Below are positions 54,735 to 64,000 of a stretch of 64,000 bases of DNA, one piece after another. The notes under the pieces are model-generated. The model was not told the origin of the DNA and did not search any database. It saw only the letters and a list, made by a program, of their open reading frames with translations. Made by a program: the position numbers and the translations under genes. How positions within the stretch are numbered: the first letter of the stretch is position 1; every line of letters starts with the position of its first letter. The DNA comes from Eledone cirrhosa (taxonomy: Eukaryota): contig OZ024743.1 in assembly GCA_964016885.1 (NCBI GenBank), positions 110,794,001 to 110,858,000 of the forward strand, in the 5' to 3' direction.

Positions 54735-57700
54735 ATGACCTCACTCAGAATAGGCAGCATAAATGCGCGTGGCTTGGGGTCGTCATGGAAGCAGGGTCAC
54801 CTACTCAACGACCTCAGATCACTAAACATAGATGTAGTGGCCATCAGCGAGACCAGAATCTCCGAAGCACGGGCCTTCGCACCGATCTTCGGCGGCTACG
54901 ATGTGTACGCATCTCCCTGCCGTCCTGGATCGAGGGGAGGAGTTGCTGTGCTTTTTCGGAGAGGTTTGGATCTCGCCATACGGGCCATCTTCCTGGACCC
55001 AGAGGTTAAGCTGGTGGTGCTGGACGTGACCAGCGGAGAAGGGCAAGCTTTCAGGCTAGTGGCCGTCTATGCCCCGACAGGAGCAGGGCGGCCTGATTTC
55101 TTCCGGCGTCTGGTGATCTTTCTTGGAACGTCCCGCTCTTTAGTGTTAGTGGGCGACTGGAACGGGATCTTAGATGCACGCTGGGATTGTGTGGGATTAG
55201 TGGATAGGGAAGGAGGGTGCAAGAGTCTCACCAACCTGCTCAGACGTTTTGAACTGTCTGACAGGTACCGATTGGATTTCCCGAATGCGCCAATGTGGAC
55301 TTGGACAAATCGCATAGGGTCATCCAGATCATATCTAGATAGAGTATTTTGTAGGGAAATAGATAGGTCTAGCATAGGCTGTCCACAATTCAAAATAGTC
55401 AGCTACACGGACCACAAATTCGTGATCTGTGTGCTTAACTTAGATAGGCTTCATAAACGAGGACCCGGCTACTGGAAGTTAAACGCGTCCTTACCAGCGC
55501 GCAAGGCCTACAGAGACCGGATTAGCGAACTAGTTAAGCGGGCGTTGACGGGGGCCATCGTCAAAAACAAGTGGTGGTTTTGCTCTGAAAAGAGCGATTA
55601 GAATAGAATTCATTAGGTTTAGTGAGGCTTTAGCAATAGAGAAAAATAGAGCAGAGAGAGAACTAGTTAGAAAATTAGACGAGGCGCTTAGCAAAGGCAT
55701 TGCGACCGACGTGGTTGCGGCGAAATTGGCCCTTGACCAATTCTTCAATGCAAAGCACGAAGGCTGCGTTGTCAGAGCAAGGGTGCGTGCTCTCAGACAC
55801 GAGGGGACGAAAGCCGTTCAATGGGCCCGAGTGGCGGAGGCGCATCGTGGCAACAAAGCCACGATCCGGTCTTTGGTGGACCACCACGGGTGCATGCTAC
55901 TCGATCCCGGGCAAATGTGTGAAGCTTTTCAGCGACACTTCGCTCAGCTGTTCGGGGGCAGCGGTGGGCCGGGTCGAGGGATGGACTTTAGTGTCTACCT
56001 CGACGGACTGCCGCGGCTCTCGGCCACTGAGGCGAAGTGTTGCGAAAAGCCGATAACAGCCGCTGAAGTAAGGGAGGTAATGACTGGCTGCACAAGGGGT
56101 AAATCGCCTGGTTTGGATGGTCTGCCCTATAAACTTTAAGTACAGATGCCAGACTTGTTCGCAGGCCTCTTGGCGGACGTCTACTGCAACTGGCAACAGA
56201 ACGGGAGAATTCCCAGTTCTGTGAGCCGAGGAGCGGTGGCACTACTGAGAAAGGATCCGAACAAGGGGGATAACATAGATAATTTCCGGCCCATAACTCT
56301 GCTAAACACAGAGTTCAAGATTTTGGCCAAGGTGCTAGCAAAGAGGTTGGCGTTTGTCGTTGGTGGTCTAGTGGGAGAGGCGCAGACATGCGCCATTCCC
56401 GACAGATCCATCCACGACAACCTCCACCCCATGCGATACATCGTAGAGAGGGTAGCTAAGGAATCTGTCACGGGTGTGTCCTTGATCAATTTAGATCAGT
56501 CGAAAGCTTTCGATAGGGTCGACGATTGTTACCTAGCGGCAGTCCTGAGGGCGGCTGGCTTTGGGGTCGTCTTCAGAGGCTGGATCGCTGCCATGCACAG
56601 CGACATCTGCTCTGTGGTGAGAGTCAACGGTCACCTGTCGGATCCGTTCAACATCATGCGCTCGGTCCGCCAAGGATGTCCCCTCTCGTCCCTCTTGTAC
56701 GTATTGACTCTCGAGCCATTACTGCACAAACTGGAGACGTTGAGGGGCGTCCCGCGCGAACTAGGATGCGGAAGATCCCTGTCAGCATATGCGGACGATG
56801 TCACCGTAGTAGTGTCGAACGCCAAACACATCGAGGCGATCGGCACTACACTAAGAGAATACGAAGCGGTGACAGGAGCAATGATCAACCAGGAAAAGTC
56901 AGTGGGCCTGCAGCTCGGCACCTGGAGAGGCAGGTCTATGCCGTCCAACAGCGTCGTCGGACGCTGGACGGACGGACCGGTTAAATTGCTAGGGGTCTGG
57001 TTCGGTCCGGACATCCAGACGGACAAAAACTGGGACGAGGTGACGATCAGGGTGGCTTCTCTCACCCAGAAATGGGCCGAGAGGAAGCTATCCCTGAAAG
57101 GTCGAGCGGAGGTGGCTAACGCGTACATCGCGTCTGTCATCTGCTACCGCCTGACCGTCGTACCTTGTCCTAAGCCTCGCCTGCCTGCGCTGGAGCGTTT
57201 GCTCTTTCGCTTTTTGTGGAAGGGACGCGCTCCGATGGTCATCTGTTGTCAACACCCGCTACGTGGACGGCTGGGCATGCCGTGGCTGATGATGCGCAGG
57301 CACGCGCTCAGGCTACGACATCTCCACCTCTTCCTCGGCGGTGATCAGGTGTGGTCGCCGTTTGCTAGACACGTATTTCCCCAGCTCGTTTCCTTGACGG
57401 AGCTGCAGTCCCGGGTCAAGCGAAGACCGAGAGGGAGCGCCTGGAGACTGGAATGTCTTCAGGCGCTCACAGCCTTCGACCAATCGGGCAATGTGATCGG
57501 TGGAAACTCCACCTCGGCGTTCTATAGAGGATTAGTGGAGGGGAAGAGCGACGACGTACTTGGGGAAACTCTAGGCGTCGACGAAAATAAACTAGCCAAT
57601 CTCTTCGGAAGAACTTTCGGGCCAGGGCCTATGGACAACTTCCAGAAATCTCTGGCCTGGCAGTGCTACCGAGGAGCCTTGCCAGTTCGGGATAAACTCT

Positions 57701-58145
57701 ACAGGCATGGAGGTGCCGTCAGTCGGGCATGTCCGAGATGCGCACAGGGCGACGAAACCGTCCTGCACGCACTCGTCCAGTGTCCGAAAATTGCTGACTT
57801 GTGGGTTTATGTCGAACACCTGCTGTCGCGTTTAGGACGGATCCGGCTATCATCTGAGTCCATCGTGAGGATTTCCCCGCCCTCCTCCTTTAGCCGGGAA
57901 GGGCAGGCAGTTTTTATCTGTCTGGTGGCCATGGCGAAAGAGATAGTATGGTGGACACGTTTGAAAGGGCTGAAGACGAGCGCTTACCTCTTCGGTGATG
58001 CTCTGATTGACTTTTTCAAATTTCATTTGAAAATGAAAATCAGAGTAGAGAGGGAAGTGGCTCTTCCCAGCATTTTGTTGAAAGATGGGTGAGAGAAGCA
58101 AGAATGGCCCGAGTGAATGGGCCTACTCTGAGTATATATCTGTAA
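54735..58145 (+). pseudogene. Copy 2 ORF2: AP endonuclease + reverse transcriptase + C-terminal Zn finger; two frameshifts and one stop
   Basis: GSINARG, AISETR, GDWN, SYLDRV, TDHK; QGCPLS, YADD; CPRCAQGDETVLHALVQC. Confidence 0.92.
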
Positions 58146-58645
58146 ATTAAAGGTGGAAAACTGGGAGAGGGCACTTGCCTTGGTGGTCAGGGTCATTGTG
58201 GCTTTTTAGTGGGCTTTCTCCACAAATGACCCTCCGAAGTCTCCCCCCTATTGGGGAATTTTTCATTGTTATTTTATGTTACACCCTCTGTTTTTTGTTT
58301 TTTTTACACGCACAAATGCCCATTTGTACCGTCCTATATTGTCCTGCACTGTCCTTAATGTCTACTTTATGTAAACCCTTGTGGTTAATAAAGAAATAAT
58401 AATAATAATTATTATTATTATTATTATTATTATTGGCGACCTACGTAGTAAATCGTATCATCGTGAGCTCCGCAAAGGTTTGTTATTTCCGTTTGTTAAA
58501 AATTGCCATTTATGGAAAATGTTTATTGTTAACCATATATAAGCGCACATACATTGTTTTCCGAAAAGGACACCCAAAAAGATTGGGGCCTTGTGCCCAA
58601 AATTTAAACTTTTATTATTATCAAAAATTTCTTTGAAAAGAAAAA

Positions 58646-60666
58646 ATGGCTAATTCCCCTCTGCACCAAGCTGCTGAAAGCCTCCCTCACTAATTAACAC
58701 CTCACACCGACACCACCATTGTAAATGTTACTACATTTGCCAACACAAACAAAAATATAAGCAGTAGCAAGATTTTAATTTTGTCTCAGGCAGACATTCA
58801 TTTCCCGCCATTACCAATGACTGCAGGTGTTAAAGCCTCCACCACCACCACCACCGCGACAACCACCACCCCCACCACCATCGCGACAACAGAAACAAAA
58901 GAAGAACAAAATAAATTAACTCGTGATGTCGAAATGAGATCAAGCAAAATGGACTCTTCCCCACCAACGACGACTGACGTCACCACCACCACAACCGAAA
59001 CTAAAATTAATATTAACACAAATAACGATAGCAACAACAACAACAATGACATTATAAAACCGACCCTCAGTTTCGCCAGAGTAGCAAAACAGTTCGAAGC
59101 ATTTACGGTAACTCAGGAGGATTTAGAAAATGCCAAACAAATGGTAAAGAAAGATGGGTACAGGGTCAAATGCACCCCCCCCCACCTAATAAAATGAAGC
59201 ATCGGCGCCTATGCACGGTGTCGTATAGAACAATAAATGTAAAATCGCGCCGAGTGGAACGGGCATCCGAGTCCCAAATCCAAAGGCTTTGGGACATGTG
59301 TGGGCAAGAAAAACCCCCATCAGACGTGGGCAAGAAAAACCCCCATCAGACGTGGGCAAAAGTATGGAACCGTGGACGTGTTCTTTGAAACACCAGAGGA
59401 GGCTAGACAACACTCCATGGCCCCATTAAGAAGTGACGACTTCACACTCGTCGCAAGCTATTGTGGCCAGAGACTCGTAAAGATCAGGGTGACCCACGTT
59501 CCACCGGCCATCGAAATTCCCTGGCTAATAGCGGCCGTCCTCGCCGGCATCGAAGCCAACACAAAAATAATAGCAATAGCAAAAGAAAAGCAGGAGAACT
59601 GGCCCAGATCTGGGATGGAGCTCCTGATCCAAGCGGACCAAAAAAGCATTGAGGAGATCCCAGAGGTAATAGACCTCACTGACGGCAGCCACCTCACGGT
59701 AATTGTCGAGGGCAGAAGTCCTAGGTGTGTCGTTTGTGGTGAAGGAACCCACCTAAGGGCTTTCTGCCCTCAGGCTAAAAGGTTGAGGCCATCTCTCCTA
59801 TCCACCCCAGTGACACAACCATCAACACAACCATAGCAGAGATGGCAGCAACAACTGTAGCAGCAACAACAGAAGCAACTATAACAGCAACAACCCCAGC
59901 AACAGTAGCAAAACCAACACCACCACCACCACCAGCAAAACCAACACCACCACCACCCAACGCTTCAGAACTAGCACCAGCGCCTACACCATCCACCACG
60001 CCACAAACCAAACTAACGCCTGTGGAGGATTTTCCACTCCCCGGCCTATCACAACTGGAGACAGATTGTGACGACGAGGAGTGGGAAACGATATCCGGAA
60101 AAAAAAAAAGAAACCAAAAAAGAAAAAATTCTCTTCCTTCCCCCTCCAAAAACAAAATACAGAGGGAAACAAATAAACTAAGAAACAAAAAAGTTAGGAC
60201 AGATATGCCACCATCCACACCAGCATCACCAACCCCATCAACCCAAACACCAACACCATGACCATCATTATCCCCAGCACCACCATCACCTACACCACAA
60301 AAGTCACCAAAATGCGAACCAGAAACAAACCCACAACAAACGCAAACAAAACAAAACAACCAAAACGATACACACTACACAGCATTAAATTTGAACAACA
60401 AGCAATTATTACACTACATCCAACACAACACCAGCATCACAGAAAAAGACTATACAACAACCCCAAAATTCACACCACCGCCACACATACAAATCACTCG
60501 CATCACACAGAAAACGTACATGACACTAAAACAAAAATTCCCCAAAGACATCGGAGACTTCCGACAAGCACTCTCCAGGAGGATTTATAAGGACATCCTT
60601 CCTGAGGAGGCCACAAGCAGTGAAAAGGATGGAAAAACCGTCCTTCCCCTACGAGAAGTAAGGTAA
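58646..60666 (+). pseudogene. Copy 3 ORF1, divergent type with CCHC knuckle; frameshifted
   Basis: KPTLSFARVAK, RRGQKYGTVDVFFETPEEA, CVVCGEGTHLRAFC. 26-bp tandem duplication near 59300-59355. Confidence 0.78.
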
Positions 60667-60700
60667 GTTGTCTTTCCCATCTTTTCCACTCCTTTTCAAC

Positions 60701-63700
60701 ATGACCTCACTCAGAATAGGCAGCATAAATGCGCGTGGCTTGGGGTCGTCATGGAAGCAGGGCCACCTGCTCAACGACTTCAGGTCACTAAACATAGATG
60801 TAGTGGCCATCAGCGAGACCAGAATCTCCGAAGCACAGGCTTTCGCACCGATCTTCGGCGGCTACGATGTGTACGCATCTCCCAGCCGTCCGGGATCGGG
60901 GGGAGGAGTTGCTGTGCTTTTTCGGAGAGGTTTGGATCTTGCCTTACGGGCCATCTTCCTGGACCCAGAAGGTAAGTTGGTGGTGCTGGACGTGACGAGC
61001 GGAGACGGCCAAGCTTTCAGGTTAGTGGCCGTCTATGCCCCGACAAGAGCAGGGTGGCCTGATTTCTTCCGGCGTCTGGAGACCTTTCTTGGAACCTCCC
61101 GCTCTTTAGTGTTAGTGGGCGACTGGAACGGGATCTTAGATGCACGCTGGGATTGTGTGGGATTAGTGGATAGGGAAGGAGGGTGCAAGAGTCTCACCAA
61201 CTTGCTCAGACGTTTTGAACTGTCTGACAGGTACCGAATGGATTTCCCGAATGTACCAATGTGGACTTGGACAAATCGCATAGGGTCATCCAGATCATAT
61301 CTAGATAGAGTAGTTTGTAGGGAAATAGATAGGTCTAGCATAGGCTGTCCACAATTCAAGATAGTCAGCTACACGGACCACAAATTCGTGATCTGTGTGC
61401 TTGACTTAGATAGGCTTCATAGGCGAGGACCCGGCTACTGGAAGCTAAACGCGTCCTTACCAGCGCGCAAGGCCTACAGAGACCGGATTAGCGAACTAGT
61501 TAAGCGGGCGTTGACGGGGGCCATCGTCAACAACAAGTGGTGGTTTGCTCTGAAAAGAGCAATTAGAATAGAGTCCATTAGGTTTAGTTAACTTTAGCAA
61601 TAGAGAAAAATAGAGCAGAGGGAGAACTAGTTAGAAAATTAGATGAGGCGCTTAGCAAAGGCATCGCGACCGACGTACTTGCGGCGAAATTGGCCCTTGA
61701 CCAATTATTCAATGCAAAGCACGAAGGCTGCGTTGTCAGAGCTAGGGTGCGTGCTCTCAGACACGATGGAACGAAAGCCGTTCAATGGGCCCGAGTGGCG
61801 GAGACGCGTCGTGGCAACAAAGCCACGATCCGGTCTTTGGTGGACCACAACGGGCGCATGCTACTCGATCCCGGGCAAATGTGTGGAGCTTTTCAGCGAC
61901 ACTTCGCTCAACTGTTCGGGGGCAGTGGCGGGCCGGTTCGAGGGATGGACTTTAGTGTCTACCTCGACGGACTGCCGCGGCTTTCGGCCACTGAGGCGGA
62001 GTGTTGCGAAAAGCCGTTAACAACCGCTGAAGTACGGGATGCAATGACTAGTTGCACAAGGGGTAAATCGCCTGGTTTGCATGGTCTGCCCTATGAACTT
62101 TACTTACAAATGCCAAACTTGTTCGGAGGCCTCTTGGCGGACGTCTACTGCAACTGGCTACAGAACGGGAGAATTCCCAGCTCTGTGAGCCGAGGAGCGG
62201 TGGCGCTGCTGAGAAAGGATCCGAACAAGGGGGATAACATAGATAATTTTAGGCCCATAACTCTGCAAAACACAGAGTTCAAGATTTTGGCCAAGGTGCT
62301 AGCAAAGAGGTTGGCGCTTGTCGTTGGTGGTCTGGTGGGAGAGGCACAGACATGCGCCATTCCCGACAGATCCATCCACGACAACCTCCACCTCATGCGA
62401 TACATCGTAGAGAGGGTAGCTAGGGAACCTGTCACGGGTGGGTCTTTGATCAATTTAGATCTGTCGAAAACCTTCGATTGGGTCGACCATCGTTACCTAG
62501 AGGCAGTCCTGAGGGCAGCTGGCTTTGGGCCCGTCTTCAGAGGCTGGATCGCTGCCATGCACAGCAACATCTGCTCTGTAGTGAGAGTGAACGGTCACCT
62601 TTCGGAACCGTTCAACATCATGCGCTCGGTCCGCCAAGGATGTCCCCTCTCGTCCCTATTGTACGTATTGACTCTCGAGCCATTACTGCACAAACTGGAG
62701 ACGTTGAGGGGGATCCCGCGCGAACTAGGATGCGGAAGATCCGTGTCAGCATATGCCGACGATGTCACCGTAGTGGTGTCGAACGCCAAACACATCGAGG
62801 CGATCGGCACTACACTAAGAGACTACGAAGCGGTGACAGGGGCAATGATCAACCAGGAAAAGTCAGTGGACCTGCAGCTCGGCACCTGGAGAGGCAGGTC
62901 CATGCCGTCCAACAGCGTCGTCGGGCGCTGGACAGACGGACCGGTTAAATTGCTAGGGGTCTGGTTCGGTCCAGACCTCCAGACGGACAAAAACTGGGAC
63001 GAGGTGACGAGCAGGGTGGCTTCTCTCACCCAGAAATGGGCCGAGAGGAAGCTATCCCTGAAAGGTCGAGCGGAGGTGGCTAACGCGTACATCGCGTCCG
63101 TCATCTACTACCGCTTGACCGTCGTACCTTGTCCTAAGCCCCGCCTAACTGCGCTGGAGCGTTTGCTCTTTCGCTTCTTGTGGAAAGGACGCGCTCCGAT
63201 GGTCAGGCTGTCCATCTGCTGTCAACACCCGCTACGTGGAGGGCTGGGCAAGCCGTGGCTGATGATGCGCAGACCCGCGCTCATGCTACGGCATCTCCAC
63301 CTTTTCCTCGACGGTGATCAAGTGTGGTCGCCGTTTGCTAGGCACGTTTTTCCCCAGCTCGTCTCCTTGACGGAGCTGCAGTCCTGGGTCAAGCGAAGAC
63401 CGAGAGGGAGCGCTTGGAGACTGGAATGTCTTCAGGCGCTCACAGCCCTCGACCAATCGGGCAATGTGATCGGTGGAAACTCCACCTTGGCTTTCTATAG
63501 GGGATTAGTGGAGGGGAAGTGCGACGACGTACTTGGAGAAACTCTAGGCGGCGACGAAAATCAACTAACCAATCTCTTCGGAAGGATTTTCGGGCCGGGG
63601 CCTATGCACAGCTTCCAGAAATCCCTGGCCTGGCAGTGCTACCGGGGTGCTTTGCCAGTTCGGGATAAACTCTATAGGCATGGAGGTGCCGTCAGCCGGG

Positions 63701-64000
63701 CATGTCCGAGATGCGCACAGGGCGACGAAACCGTCCTGCACGCACTCGTCCAGTGTCCGAGCATAGCTGACTTGTGGGTTTATGTCGAACACCTGTTGTC
63801 ACGTGTAGGACGGATCCAGCTCTCAGCTGAGTCCATCGTGAGGATTGCCCCGCCCTCTTCCTTTAGCCGGGAAGGGCAGGCAGTTTTTATCTGTCTGGTG
63901 GCCATGGCGAAAGAGATAGTATGGTGGACACGTTTGAAAGGGCTGAAGACGAGCACTTACCTCTTCGGTGATGCCCTGATTAACTTTTTCAAATTTCATC
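60701..64000 (+). pseudogene. Copy 3 ORF2 (APE + RT): one lesion at ~61590, then apparently open to the window end
   Basis: MTSLRIGSINARG start. YADD at ~62752. No stop seen by eye after ~61591. Confidence 0.88.

Larger units (their letters stand above)
52382..58396 (+). mobile_element. Tx1/L1-clade LINE copy 2, apparently full length (~6.0 kb)
   Basis: 5' UTR, ORF1, ORF2 (APE-RT-CCHC), 3' UTR, AATAAA, (AAT)n(ATT)n tail. Confidence 0.93.
58435..64000 (+). mobile_element. Tx1/L1-clade LINE copy 3, running off the window end
   Basis: Distinct 5' UTR and ORF1; ORF2 very similar to copy 2. Confidence 0.93.

Noticed and set aside
55575-55585. Frameshifts near the endonuclease/linker boundary in copies 2 and 3 as programmed frameshifting
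   Set aside because: The lesions differ (extra T here, 1-nt loss at ~61590) and each is absent from the other copy, so decay or homopolymer error is more likely.

Overview
AT-rich, microsatellite-dense animal genomic DNA made almost entirely of transposable elements. The SINE repertoire and (TA)n/(CA)n density suggest an octopus or other cephalopod (inference). No host gene can be confidently called, and most short six-frame ORFs are microsatellite or antisense artefacts. Main contents: (1) a 310-bp, highly structured, hammerhead-ribozyme-carrying unit at 12557-13390 in tandem plus inverted copies, resembling a non-LTR retrozyme; (2) a 5'-truncated Penelope-like element (PLE; RT C-terminus + GIY-YIG, Neptune-like) at 13941-18600 with ~1.9-kb inverted arms, each ending in a hammerhead, plus other PLE remnants carrying canonical or variant hammerhead cores (U3-A8 covariant, U4A, very long stem II), nearly all as fold-backs abutting (TA)n; (3) a head-to-tail array of three Tx1/L1-clade LINEs (49724-64000) separated by (ATT)n, in which two copies have very similar ORF2 but highly diverged 5'UTR/ORF1; (4) decayed RTE, CRE-like, R4/Dong-like, mariner, Helitron and SINE fragments, and a 200-N gap. 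All family assignments come from visual motif recognition, not database searches.
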